Shown: piece by piece, positions 23,951 to 38,139 of the stretch | How positions within the stretch are numbered: the stretch's first letter is position 1 | Layout of the letters: each line of letters begins with the position of its first letter | From: Trichosphaerium sp. ATCC 40318 | Taxonomy: Eukaryota; Protista; Tubulinea | DNA: 64,000 nt | Direction of reading: 5' to 3' | Assembly (NCBI GenBank): GCA_038496445.1 | Contig: JALMLS010000561.1 | Location: forward strand, 62,001-126,000 | Notes under the pieces: model-generated | What the model was told of the DNA's origin: nothing | The model's input: only the letters and a program-made list of their open reading frames with translations | Databases searched by the model: none | Translations under genes and position numbers: made by a program

Positions 23951-25280
23951 TTAAGTCATTTCTAGATCAGGTGAAGATCTATTCTTATGCAACATAACCT
24001 CTTTTAGCCATGGTAAAAAAGTCTTGATGGCTAAATGGATACAAAGTATACAAGAAGCAATGAATACTGTGTTTATGGCTATCATTACCAATATAAAAGC
24101 AATCTTTGCTTTACTTATTTTACCTTCAAATGGCTCTGCAGTCAATACAATAGGTTTATCATAACGGGATACTTGAGAATCATCAATGGCCTAAAGAATA
24201 AATCAGAATTGAAAAGAGAAGGTGCTTTATCATTCTTACACTGCGAATACGTCCAATGCTGAGTTCTGGTACTATTGATGCTCCTTCAATAAACAAATGG
24301 CTGTCAGTTTCACTATCAAACCAACCTTGCATGCATGGATCATCAGTCTTTTGTGCACAAGAGGTACTACCTAGACCAACAAGTTCAAGATCTGGGACTT
24401 TACATCCAACGAAGAATATAATTTGTTCCTACAACAAACATGTCAATCACAAAAAAAATTATACACAATCTCATGATAAAAACAAAAGGTAATTCTTGGC
24501 GTGACATTGATATTGATCATAATCGGCTTTATATTGAATTAAACTAATGCTGAAAGAAAAAAGTTGACACAAAATCAAACGTACAGTTCCATTAAGAAGA
24601 TTTGTTCCAGGGTTAAGTGAAACAGGTGCAACGCAATAACCTGTACTAATACACTTAATATTAGATGGGTTAGGGTTAAAACGTGAAGGCGTAGAGCAAG
24701 CCCCAGCACTAAAGTAACCCCATCTAAAAAACAAGTAAGTATAAGAAAAAAACAAGAAACAAAGACATACTTTGATGAATCGCTTACTACTTCAGAAGGA
24801 ATATCAAATTGATAACCAAACCCTTCAAAATATGATACATCATCACCACTCTGTATTGCATTTTTATCGTCAATATCAATAACACGTGTACCTAAAACCA
24901 AAAATCAAAAAAAAAAACAATTCCCATTCGGTCGACACCAAAAACGGATTTAGAGAAGGCGCTAGCAGTTAAATAGAATGCTACACAGGTCCGTACCGAG
25001 ACTGATAGTTAGCATGTAAGGTCTACATACTGTTCCAAGGAGTATTGCTAAGATTATAGCCGTAAAACAAGCCAATAGAGCAAATCCAAGTCCGAGCTGC
25101 ATGAATATCTTATCAATAGATTTATCCTTCTCCTTGAACGTCGCATACGCCAGGAAGTAAGTAGCACCTCCTAAAAAGCCAATACAGGCAAAAATAATAA
25201 CCTAAACGGGTATTAGCCATTTTACGCCTGTTAATGCTTAGTGGTGCACGTATAAACCCAATATGCTGGTTTTTGAGAGA
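23951..25280 (-). CDS. Hypothetical membrane protein with Cys-containing ectodomain; 5' end uncertain
   Basis: Spliced exons in phase; N-terminal and C-terminal hydrophobic segments. Confidence 0.65.
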
Positions 25281-26159
25281 AACTATCAACGTACTACTAA
25301 AATTAACCATTTGCTCCCTTTGGCTTCTTTTATTAGACCCAAACCAAACCCAATACCGTTTATTGGTATTAAAAGTAAAAAACCAATCGCAAGAGCGTAA
25401 AACGCTCTTTTATGAGCAGCTGATATATCCACCATTCTTCCAGACTTGTGGTGTAATTACACGACAAGTTTAGTGATTTAAACTGCTTCTTGGGTCACTC
25501 TGCACACTTTTCAATGAAAGGCCCAATAGAAGTCTTGCCAATTCCTCGGCTGTGCTTGCCTTCTATGAAAAACCAGCCATTGAATCAAGGAAAGGTTATA
25601 AAAGCAGTTCAACGGGTCGATCTAACCGACTTAGCCGTTGTAAACACAGACAAAAGTTTATGCACAAAATTAGTTAAAACAGACTCATTAATTAATGGGC
25701 TTTTCAGCCACTCGACATGTAGAACTTCGTATTTTACAGCGTGAGACTAATCCGGATGAAAAAAAAGTGTCAGGTGGTTGACAATGAAGTCAACTTCGCA
25801 CAAAGTCCGAAAGAAGCTAGTGCCGCCAATGTAAGTAATTGATAGAAACTGTATGCTTATTAACTGAGTACCAGTCGTATTTATATGATCAATCCATAAG
25901 GCTTGATCGTCTTTTAGTACACTCTTGGAGAAGCGAGAACATCTTAATATGACAACAAGTTCATGAAACAATACTCGTAGTTTTTATCACTTTATGTACG
26001 AAAGGTTCACTAGTGTTCTAGAGAAAGTTCTACTGACAAACTCACCCATTAGTCGTTTGACTTAAGGGTAGACAGATTCATATATTACTTTAACAAAAAA
26101 TGATGCAAACTGTTTCTTATAATCAAAGTTTGTTTTATTCGTTACTACGTGGTTTTGTT

Positions 26160-27109
26160 TTAAGATTTAGGTGGTCCCATTGCAGGTTGTCCCATTGCAG
26201 GTTGCTGTCCCATTGTTGGTTGATATGTAGGTGTAGTATAAGGCTGTTGAGGAACTTGGGCATATGGTTGAGGATTGTAAGCACCACCGTATTGAGGATA
26301 TTGAGAGTTGTTTACAGGTACTAAAAGAAAATGAATTAGTTTGAAAGAGTTAAACGTATTTTGAATAAGCACCTGTCACGTGGACTTCTCTTCTTCGCCT
26401 GTTATTCCTTCGTACTACGAGTACAACGATAACAACAATTAAAATCAAACAAGCGCATCCGCCACCAATCAGACCCAATACAATAGAAAGTACGTAATCT
26501 TGGGGAAGGTGTTATTTTTTGTAAAACTGAAATAAACTTCGGGTTTGCGAGATGTTTGCTTGTAACGTACGAATTGGGTTTGTCCACGAGCATTCAGATC
26601 TTACAAGAGCCCAATCACCATAACAATACGCGCTCGAATCGGTACAAGAAGCTGTATTTCTACAAAAAACAGAGTTTGAAAAAGTGATAAACCCAAAAGT
26701 TTAAGAAGTGCTCCTTATAAAATGTCACGTGAGGATTTTTTTGCAAACGTTGTTCTAATGGAACGTTTAAAACACGTACCTGCAGTATCCACAAAAAGTA
26801 TCCATGGCAACACACGTCTCACATCCAACAGCAGCGCTACAAGAACCTTTGGTTTAAAGTAAGCACAATACGATTATCTCGCAGTTTAGAGATGATAGAG
26901 CGGGTTTAATGAGGAGAGAGCGTACATGAGCTTACTGAGAATCCGTTATCGCAGAATATTGAAGCTTGGCATTTACCATCAACAGGACACCAACTACATG
27001 AGGGATAATTTGAAGTACAAGAAGTACAAGAATAATACTCGCTACAATCTTGTGCGAGTGTTATGTATAAAAGGGTAGCAACAACAGCAAAAATAGTCGC
27101 GTATTTCAT
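26160..27109 (-). CDS. PSI-domain membrane protein, paralogue 2
   Basis: MKYATIFAVV signal, CSWCPVDGKC, QYPQYGGAY tail with MGQxP repeats. Confidence 0.85.
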
Positions 27110-27721
27110 CACGTGTTGTAGTTATTGGTTGATTTTGTTAATTTTGAATTAGATTTGTGTTGACTGTCGCTTCAGCTTGTTTTAGAAGAGCCTCACCTAT
27201 GTTCGCTTGTAATACGGTATTAATTTCTAATTTCTTGTAGCTTTGATTATTCAACCAAACCTAAAATTTCACGAACACAAAACGTTTTTCCGACAGTTTT
27301 CTTGTTTCTTTGTCACGTTTTTAGGAATCTTGGCCTCAAGCGAAGTCGTAAAAGATGTGCCTGTACGAGGCAATCTAATATTCGTAAGTTGCCCAGTTCG
27401 TGGAAACTGTGAAGTACCAGGCAACAGGTTCGAGGTTAGAGAAACAGTAACAAGGCCAAGGAGCCATAAAATGGCATGAATTAATAGTGCTTTTTGCATG
27501 TTAACCTACTAGGCACTGGCACATCCAGGCGTAAAGAGGAGTATTTAACGTGAGATCGTTACAATCTCAAAGAAACTTACAAGCGCTCCCAAAGTATCTT
27601 GCGCTGAGTGTACGGTATTAACATAGCGTAATAATCTGTTTCAGAGTATAAGAGACAAGTGCATATGCAAACTGTTTATTACAATCAAAGTTTCTTTTAT
27701 TTGTTACTAGTGGTTTTGTTT

Positions 27722-28412
27722 TTAAGATTTCGGTGGTTGCCCCATTGTTGGTTGATATGTAGGTGTAGTATAAGGTTGCTGAGGAACTTGAGCATATGGT
27801 TGAGGATTGTAAGCACCACCATATTGAGGATATTGAGAGTTGTTTACAGGTACTAAAAGAAAATGAATTAGTTTGAAAGAGTTAAACGTATTTTGAATAA
27901 GCACCTGTCACGTGTACTTCTCTTCTTCGCCTGTTATTCCTTCACACTACAAGTACAACAATAACAACAATTAAAATCAAACAAGCGCATCCGCCACCAA
28001 TCAGACCCAATACAATAGAAAGTATGTTCTCTTGGAAAAGGTGTTGTTTTTTTCAAAGAAAGAAACTGAACAGTGGTTTGCGAAACATTCTCACTTACGA
28101 AATGGGTTTGTCCACGAGCATTCAGAGGCTACAATAGCCCATTCACGGACACAAAATTCGATCGAGTCGAACAAACCGCTATATTTCTTAAAGAGTGAAA
28201 AAAAATGAATCCGAAACGTTTAAGAAGAGGGTCGCGGTATTACATGTCACGTGGAGGTTTTTTCAAAATCGTTCTCATCTACCGTTTTAACACACGTACC
28301 TACAATACCCACAGAAAGTGTCCATGGCAACACATGTCTCACATCCGATAGCATCGGCACAAGAACCTTGGTTTATTATGAGTACGAGTACCTCGCTGTT
28401 TAATGAGGAGAG
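27722..28412 (-). pseudogene. 5'-truncated PSI-domain paralogue 3
   Basis: Tandem copy of paralogue 2 from exon 2 onward. Similarity stops inside intron 1; no signal-peptide exon found. Confidence 0.6.
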
Positions 28413-28746
28413 GGAGTAATGGCACCTGCTGATAACGATGGCTCGATTAGTAGATAATAAATAAGTAGATACAAAATCAAATATACTAGTATTGAATTTA
28501 ACAAAGCAAGCACCTCTTTTATCAGGAGGTGACATTTCAGAAGTTGTTCTTGCATGTGATTTTTTGGAAAGTATTGTTCTTTTGCTATGTTGGTGCAACA
28601 TTGTTAAAATTTTTTAAGACTAGGCGGCCAAACCCAAGGAGGAAAAAACTGTTTATGTGATAACAAAAAAGTTTGTTTATTTCTTCTATTCTTTTATACT
28701 TCACTAAGACGAAATCTTACATAACTAAAGTGATTCCCTCTACCTT

Positions 28747-30903
28747 CTACCAGGTCGGCGTAGAAAATGCGCCAGCCAGCCGAAGTGCTTTTATACCTTT
28801 GTCACTCACTTTTGTTCCTCCCACGCTAATAGTGTGAGCACCTGCTAGGGCATTAACACATTCATCTGTAACACTTGTATATCTCAGAGAAATATTGTGG
28901 ACGCCACCAAGTGCTTTTACACCTTCATCTGTAACTGTAGTGCCAGCTAAATCTATAGTGTGTACACCTGAAAGTGCTTTGACCCCTTCATCTGTAACTG
29001 TAGTGCCAGCTAAATCTATAGTGTGTACACCTGAAAGTGCTTTGACCCCTTCATCTGTAACTTTAGTTTTCCTAAGATCAATCGTATGAACACCACTCAA
29101 CGCTTTTATACCTTCATCCGTTATCAGGGAAGAATTGGCAAGTTTAATGGTATGAACTCCTGCAAGTGCTTTTAATGTTTCATCTGTAACTTCAGTGTAC
29201 ACCAGGTCAATGAAATGGACTCCTGCAAGTGGTTTTACACCTTCATCAGTCACTCTTGTAAAACGAAGGTATATTGTGTGAACACCAGCAAGTGCTTTTA
29301 CACCATCATCTGTAACTTTAGTTCTTTCCAGAATAATTGTGTGAACACCAGAAAGAGCTTTGAGACCTTTATCTGTGATATTAGATCCCCAAAGGTTGAT
29401 TTTGTGCACGCCGGCCAGTGATATAACACCCTCTTCTGGAATATGACATGCTGCAAGGTGTATAGTATGAACACCTGCCAAAGCTTTCATTCCTTCAATT
29501 GTAAATTTCTTGTTCATTCCAAATCTGATTGTATGAACGCCCGCAAGTGCTTTCAAGCCTTCATCTGTTATTGAAATTCGCTCTAAACAAATTGTATGAA
29601 CCCCTGCAAGTGCTTTGACACCCCTGTCTGTAACCTTGGTATCATTAAGGTTAATTGTATGAACACCAGCAAGTGGTATCACACCTTCATCTGTAACTTT
29701 AGTTCCTTCCAGATTAATTGTGTGAACCCCAGCAAGAGCTTTTACACCTTCATCTGTAAATTGAAAACAACAACTAAGATTAATCGTATGAACACCTGCC
29801 AGAACCATGAGCATCTCGTCTGTAACCACTCCAGCCAAATTAATCTTGTGAACTCCTTTAAGCGCTTTAATACAATCAATAGTACACTCGCAGCTGTCGA
29901 AATCCATTGTGTGAACACCAGCAAGCGCTTTTAGACCTTCAGCTGTAACTTTCGTCGCTCTATTAAGGCCAATAGTATGAACACCTTTAAGCGCTTTGAT
30001 GCCTTCATCTGTTACTTCAGTACTACCAACATTAATAGTGTGAATCCCAGAGAATACTTTTATTGAACTATCTGTGGCTTTGGTATATCTTAGGTTGATA
30101 CTATGAGCACCTTTAAGCACTTTTATACCTTCATCTGTAATTCTTTGCACTCCGTGAAGATTGATTGTATGAACACCTTTAAGCGCTTTTAAACCTAACA
30201 CGTGATAAGCTTTTCAAAAAAACGTGTCATCATCGTTGAATACAAAATTAAAAAAACGTGATTGGAGTTGTATTAAACTGGTAATTTCATCAGAAGCTTC
30301 GCGTTCCATCGTAAAGTCAAGCACCGAGTGAAGAAGAGTTGTGTTATTCGAAGTTGTAAAAGAGAATAACACTAAGTCATGTTTGACTTATCTTAGAAAA
30401 CAGAAATTACTCGTATAATCGTATTAAAATACGATAAACGAACATGAGTGTTTTCAGACCGGACAGTCCACGTGTTTAAGTTTGAATGAGTTTGAATGAG
30501 TACCTTTGTCTGTTATCAGAGTTCTCTTTAGGTTGATGGTGTGTACACCTGATAAGAACGATAATGCTTCGTCTGTTACATTGGTATACTTAAGATTGAC
30601 ACTACGAACGCCTTTAAGCAGTTTGATGCCTTCGCTTGGCACTGATTTGAGTACTTTTACATTGGTGTGTTGTAGAGCGCCCTTGTACTTTGCGAAAGCC
30701 TTGGCATCATCTATCGTCTTCAACGTCGCGCTGTAGTACCCAATAACATCATGAACAATTGCAGCAAGTCTGCTACAACTCTGAGCGGCTGAATAACGTG
30801 CTTTGGTAGTAAAACAGAGAATGACGCCCAAAATCTCATTAGGCAGTGTAAAGAGGTTTGCGTTAACCTTTGTACGAGGGTCAGACGGTGTGTATTTATC
30901 CAT
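28747..30903 (-). CDS. F-box + LRR protein (21-22 aa GVHTINL repeats), 2 exons
   Basis: LFTLPNEILGVIL F-box; more than 20 LRR units; intron 30195-30503. Confidence 0.88.
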
Positions 30904-31814
30904 TTGGCTAAAATACATTAAAAAACAGCGTTTTGTGACTTTATCCAGTTCTCTTACGTCAGTTGGCGTTTATTCTCAGCTCCTTTGTTATCTACCTCGG
31001 ACTGAGTTCGTTTTGGATACATGGCAGCACGTTGGCTAATAAATAAAAACACGCGTTTTTACTACCAGTGACCAGTCTGTGTGGTTGTTACAAACAATTA
31101 CTTACAACCCAGTTTCTGAGTCAGAGAATATTCAGATGCTGATTTCCAGAAGTTCCGGAAATTTTCCGGAAGGTTCATGTAACCATTTCCAGCAGCTTAC
31201 AAACAAAAAAGAGTTTATTTACAAGCAAATATACAGTGGTTTCGCGTCTTTCGTGTTGAAGAGACGTGACAAATCTGCAGTAGACACATTTGCTCACTCC
31301 AAATTGTTCTAGCAATGTAGAAGTGTCAATTAGCGTTGTTTGCTTTGTACCGCTTGAAGTGTCATTTAAACATGCGTGCTTTTGGTGTTTTTATGTTTTG
31401 ATGACAATCAAAGCAAAAGCGAGCGCTAGGTCCTTCTGAAAAAATTTTCCAGTTTTTCCTGAAAGTCCAGAAATCAGTGCAGCGATGAAGCGAGGAGGTA
31501 AAACGCACGCACGTTTTTTTATTGTCTGAACATGTGCAACATTTCAATCTGATGTTTAGTATACACCAACTATAATCTCACCCTCCGACAACACTCTTGT
31601 ATGATCTTTTGAGTTTCGACAACCAGATACCATCGAAAATATTGTACAATCAACGTGTATGTCCTTGGCGCCTATTTGAACAATAGAGTTGTTCATAGTA
31701 CCTGGTACTGTCTTATCTTCAGAAATCTGGATATTGCTTGAGATACACATATTTATACCAAAGTATAAACTCCCATGTATGTGGAACTATGACTATTGAA
31801 TATTGAGCATTACT

Positions 31815-33907
31815 TTATTGATTACAAATAATTTTATGTTGATCAGTAATATTTGTAACGTTTTTACCAAGAGACAAACAATCACCCCAATAAGGTTGTT
31901 TATCATTTTCATTGAAAGTAACAATAGTGTTCTCAAATGAAATGTTGTTAATGTACTCCAAGTAAATACCGTTTGTATTTGATTTAACTTCTTCTGGATA
32001 CTGCCAAGAAGGTCTATAATCACGTGATGGGTGAGTCCAATTACTTGTCCACTTGTCAATATTAATGTGAACATTAGAAAACTTTATCATGTCAAGTGAT
32101 GTTGTTACACCTGATAACATTGCTCCGTTTTCACTTTTTGTTGTAATGTTCTATCATTAATGTTAACCACTATTTTTTGGTATGAATTGGTGCTCAATGA
32201 GCGTGGAAGGTTGAGATGGCTAGCAATCAAATTTATGCAGTGCTAGCTTTTTTTTTTAATTCCAAAATTAAATGCCTTGTTGTACCTTGAATGTGATATT
32301 AGAGACCTTTCCTATCATATCCCCCTTGTATCTTTGAATAGCTGTGATCCAAATTGGCTCGCCATCACCCCACCACCGATGTGCGTTCATTCGTGTTTCA
32401 ATCTAATTTTTTACTTTAGAGACAGAATAGACATACAAAGTAGTGTGTTAGGAGTTATTCACATACCGTCATGTTCGCATATGTTACGTTTGTCATGTTT
32501 CCTGGACCTCTCACTTGAATACCAATGCCCCTATGATAACATTAGGATAGATATTTATCAATAGAAAAAACCTGTTAGAATCCCAAATGTCGATATCATG
32601 AAAAATAATGTTTTTGTAGTTCGCATTAAATGATGACCCAAACTTTATTGCTGAACTCTTTGACCTAATACGACAGTATCTTACAGTCACATTAAGAGCG
32701 TCACCATACTAAATACAGAATTAGAAGAATCTCAAACATTTCAAAAGGTTCTTTGTAAGTACCTCTTCAGAACTTGCTTTTAAACATACACCGTCATCCC
32801 CAGTACTTACATTACATCGCTGCACCAAAACATTGCGTGAAGAATCAATATCAATACCTACAATAAGGAAGTAAGATGACTAAATAAACATTGACCAAAT
32901 ACCATCGTTGTTTGGCCACCTAGAAGAGGAAATAAGAACGAAGTTTTCTAATGTATGAAAGAATGACTGTTTTCTGTATTGGATTTATTTTGTGCCTTAG
33001 GTCTCCTTGTACGGTTACGTTATCAATTATAACGTTTTCACAACCTTGGTAATGTGACGTCCAGTCTGGAGAGTTACTCAAAGTAACACCTTGAACAAGT
33101 ATATTCGAGCAATTTATAAATTGTACTTGTCTTGGTCTACACTCTCCCACACAGCCGTTGATATTCCATGTAAATGGCTGATACCTTCAAAAATAAGCTT
33201 GATAACTAATCCATTAATAATTACCTATCATCAATAGAGCTGTAGTATTCAATCATTCCAGGAACCTTTATTGTAATAAGTAGATTAGTGACATGATTTT
33301 AGTGTGCTATTAACGTACTGCTTGACCGTTTACAGTACCGTAGCCACGTATTCCAATCTTGTTTTTATCATTGGCATAAATAAGCCTCCACAATGATGGA
33401 TCATCTGGGTAATCCTTCGGGTTTAAAGAACCTTAAAGGCATTAAGAACAAAGAGTACAAAATAGAAAACACTATTTTTTTTTTTTTGCCGTGTCCATTG
33501 GTTCCTTTTGGTCACGTGACGCAAAAAAGCTTTTTCAATTTTCAAAAGTTGTACCTAGTATTTCTACATCTTTACCTATCCACAAGCAAACGTTTGATAG
33601 TAGTATGATCTGACCTGTTAAATATTTTCCTTTTTCAAAAGAAACATAACGAAAACCATCTGTTGATACAGTTCCGTTTTCTGACGCGTATTCGATAGCT
33701 TTCTGAATAGAAAGGGTATCTAACGTTTTACCATCACCTTTGGCACCAAAAAGTGTTACACTAACAGCATGTGGTGGTACTGTCATTGGTAGAACCGGTA
33801 CAACCATATCAGGTGCTTGGGATAGGACGCTACCAAACGTTGCCAATAAAACGAGAAGAACACCGAAAACATGTTCACTAGCACTGTAATTAACACAATA
33901 GTATCCA
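31815..33907 (-). CDS. Glycoside hydrolase family 28 (polygalacturonase-like); start approximate
   Basis: FGAKGDGKTLDT..IQKAI, NSPDWT, PNNDGIDID, GDDGVCLK, AIKFGS. Confidence 0.9.
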
Positions 33908-34559
33908 TCGAATATCTATCCTTACTTTTCCGTCATCACGTGTGATACTTCTGGTGAAAATGTAATAAGTGATTGATTTATTTGACTATGTTTTACTTAG
34001 TCGAGCACCCTTCACGTTACATATATATAGCACAACAAGCCTCTTTACAAGTTTTGTTATGTGTATTCGTTGATTAGATATTCCTCTCCGCCTCCTCACT
34101 CGTTCCTTTACCCGTTTGAGTTTGATTGCATGATTTACTTTTCTGTTGATTACTGTTTCTTCTTTGACAATACACAATCCATCTAAGAGAAAGCGACAAT
34201 TCTTTATTCAAGTTGACGGCTATGCCATGGATTCGAATACATCCAAGGCAAGGGAATGTTGTGCCAGTAAGGTATAAGTCGTGAAACACGAGTACTTCTT
34301 AATTGTTGCAGCAAGCGATAGTTGAAGTTACAATAAAAATACCAACAGATCGAAGTGTCATATTGCGATGTTTACAGCTGAAGGTATCTCGATACACTCT
34401 TATTTTGGCTTAATTAAGGTGTATTTAGGTGATTCTGATCGGTTTATTATCATTAAAACTCCATCGAGACCTATAATCAATTTGGTATTTCAGAGCTTAA
34501 AAAAAGCGATATCAATTCAATGTAAAGAGTCAGTTCTGGAGGCTCAGGTGCAATTCTTT

Positions 34560-35330
34560 ACAAGGTGCACGAAAAAATTATCTTCCTGGATACTCACAGC
34601 TGCAAGGTGAATTGGGGACCTGGCTTGGTCGCCGTAAAAGTATGGAAACAGAGTAATGAAGATAATTTAGACGAGAAATCACTATTTTAAGGTATCAACC
34701 CACACTAGCGCTGTTCACTTTGTTACTAATTATGTACTTAACAGTCAGGTTCAGCATCCAAATATAGTGTTGTTGATGGCAGCTGTAATCGAGCTTCCTA
34801 AATTTGGGATAGTGATGAATACATGGAACTCAAGAGTTCATCAAAATAAAGTAAGTTGTTTTGAAGTGAATTACCTTCTAAACACCTTGCAATAGACTGA
34901 GCTTACTGCAAAGGAAAAGATAAATATTCTATTAGATACAACGAAGGGTATAAATCACATACATAGGCGGGGTACGTGAGGATCGATACTATCCAAACAA
35001 CAATATGATACTTTTTGTTATAAGGCTTCGTTCATGCTGATTTGAAGAGCCTCAACTTGCTTCTATCAAGAGATTGTACAACCACAAAAATATGCGATTT
35101 TGGATTGAGCAATACTACAAGAAAACCAACGGATGGTATCATAGGATCAACACATTGGGAAATATAAAGGACACTCTAAGACTCCAAACATAATCGGGTA
35201 CTTAGATGGCACCTGAAGTGATAACAAACAGCGGAGTTTCTAACAAAGTGATGTGTGTAGGTACCCTCAATACTTATTTCTCTAATTGGAAATATCTCGT
35301 CTTGGCGTGGTTTGCACGTGCGCTGCAAGA
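34560..35330 (+). pseudogene. Decayed TKL-type protein kinase
   Basis: VAVK, HPNIVLLMAA, HADLKSLNLL, KICDFGLS, MAPEV; frameshift in the MEYM segment (~34819). Confidence 0.75.
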
Positions 35331-35455
35331 ATTACTACATCATCACAACTAAGGGTTTGTGGAGGGTAAATCGAAGTATAAGGAATGACAACAGATTTTA
35401 AGTAATTTGCTATTTTATTAGCTTCTTTGTTTTAAAAACATATTCAAACACTTCT

Positions 35456-37454
35456 TTATCTGCGAGGTCCATAGAATGGTATGTAATCAATCAACCTGAA
35501 AGTCTAAGAAAAAAACCATTGAGTAAATACAAGGATAACAAAACAACTTACAGCTCCATTGTTACGTTTAAACACACGAATCATCAAGTCCTTTAACATC
35601 ACAGGATAAGGCATATCATCAACGGATACCTTAGATACTACAGGAACTTCACCAGCAATAGTCTTACCAGCTGGGTAATACTTGACCTTCCTCTTTGGTT
35701 TGTTGACATGGCATATATCAACGACTAAAAAAAAAAAGTGTTATTTGAGGTGATACTAAAACGGCGAAAGGAATTGTTGCTGCGTACTGAATCCTTGCTC
35801 AGCAGCTGATTTATATAAAGATACACCAATGTCAGCATCTTTTGAATCCCAATCGTTACTTAGACAGAAGTGTTGTTCCATAAAATGAACCGTTTTACTC
35901 TTGTCATCAAATTTAAGGTTACCAGATAATTGTTTCTTAGCTTTGTCATAACTGAGAACTCCCTACATTAAAAATTAACAACTTCCGAGTATGCTGTAGT
36001 AGTACATACCTTCCAACCATATCTTTTTGTCAATTCGCCCATAGTACCTTGCCAGACAGAAGAAACATCTAAAGAAAGAAAGAAATCAGAATCAAGAAAA
36101 TCAAAAGGTATGAATTTTGTTTCGTTCTTTCTTTGTCCTAATGGACAACCTTGTTGTCTATTTAGATGTAATACGTACCGCAAGTGTTCACTGTGATAGA
36201 ATCAAAACGAGCGTAAAGAGGTATATCATCGATTTTGGTTTCAGCAAAGACATTGTACATGCCAACTCTGACAGGATTTTTATGTGTTTGTCTCCTCACT
36301 TTGTAATCAAAGTAGTCTGCACCAGCAACATTCAAGTACAACTCCAATAATTTTCCTAAAACAACACACGTGTTAAAATACTAAACTCAAAAAAATAACA
36401 CATCCAAGGCGCATAACTACCAAAGGGGCAGATAGTTTGTGGTTTTTTTTGGATTTTTTTTTTCAAAAGAACAAGAATTACAATTGTGTACCTTGCGAAT
36501 AAGTATTTTGAGTCTCCAGTATGTGTACATCAACACGTTCACCCTTTTCCCATTCAATCTTAGCAATAAGACCAGGCATACTTGGATGTTTTATTGGCAA
36601 ATACCTGATAGAAAGCGTTAAGTTGAGCATTGTGAAGTGGAATTATTGATTGTTCAATAAACCGTTATTTAAAACGTTACAAAGTGTTCTATGAAGTGAA
36701 TTATATGCGTATTAAAAGCCGTACATTGTTTGTTCCTTCATTCCAGGAGCGAATTGAGCGCCAGGCATGTTCAGACCTCTCATTCCACCAAATGAGTAAA
36801 CCCATCCTAGTGATACAGTAATTGTTGGTTTACCTCCTTTGGACTTATATCCTACACTCATATTAATGATTTAGAGCATAACTGGGTGCGTAGATGGGTT
36901 TATACGAGTTTTGAGACGTTAACGATTATTGGTTTTACCCATGATAGAAAACGTTGCGCTTGCGCGTTTAGTACCTTTTTCAAGCTGCAGATCGTATGTT
37001 TGAAGGACCGAAGGCCATTGTACTTTCTTTGCGTCGATAGTTACTGTAGCAACCTTGTCGTCTATTTTAAATAGGTTTAGCTTTGAAATGGGTAAAAATA
37101 ACAATAAAATACCAGCGCTCAGTTTATCGTAGTCGTAGATAGTAATGATGTATTTTGAGGCGGTTCCAAGATGCGGGAAGTGATGATTCCAAACAGGATT
37201 AAAGTTCTTTGTCACAGTTCCAGTTTTAGTGCTTTTCTCGCCCGCCTAGTTTTCTCATTAGCGCTTTGAACGAGATAACGAGCAGATTTAAAGTACATCG
37301 TCAGTTTTAACTGTAATCTTCGCATACGCGTCTATTTTACCAAAGGTATCGGCTAGAGCGTTTATGTTAGAGAAATTAGATCAACGATTTTTGTGCCTTT
37401 AGGTAAATTATTAGCTTTGTGGAGAAGAAACAACGCTTGTGTTGGAGCAGCCAT
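35456..37454 (-). CDS. C2 domain protein with an unrecognised C-terminal region
   Basis: NLPKADTFGKIDAYA, KNFNPVWN, IYDYDKLSA(D)D calcium-type C2 motifs. Confidence 0.8.
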
Positions 37455-38139
37455 TGCGATCACTGTATTTTTAGGAATCTACTTGAATTTTTCACACAAT
37501 AAGATTTCGGGTACCCGAACCGGAAAAGGTAAAATCTATTTATTGATGGTGTGGGGAGAAAAAGCACTTCCATCATACTTTCTTTACATTTCCAGATTTT
37601 ACACTCCACCCGAACACATTTTGTGCTACACGTTATTGCGTCCTTCGTGTTCCACATCACGTGCCTCAAGTTGTTTAAACTAGACAACACATACGCCCAG
37701 CAAAAAGACGAACTGGGTTAAAGGCATCCATGGATTAGCGTACATGAGGATTTGAAAGGTTTGATACGCTCTGAAATACTGCGCGCTTCCTCATTGTATA
37801 CAGTATGTATCTTGTTTTAACCAGTGCTTGTACATCAGATCTACTCAAGTGTATCTGCACTTATCAAGTCACGCGTTCAAAAAAGCATAAGAATGAGTTC
37901 AGTTGGTGGCACATGTACATGTTTATAGAAATTAAAAGTAGCTCAACATGACAAGTTTCCGCTTTGTCTACTGGCTATACAAGACTAGTAACTAAGTAAC
38001 TGTAATAAAATTTGTTTTATTTACAAGAACTGATGAAACACATGTTTCGAGATGCTTGTTAGGAGATGGAAGTTTTGTCCACTTGAAACACTTGAGATTC
38101 TTATCTTTTTTTTTTGTGTTGTGGTGTTTTGTTTTTTCC

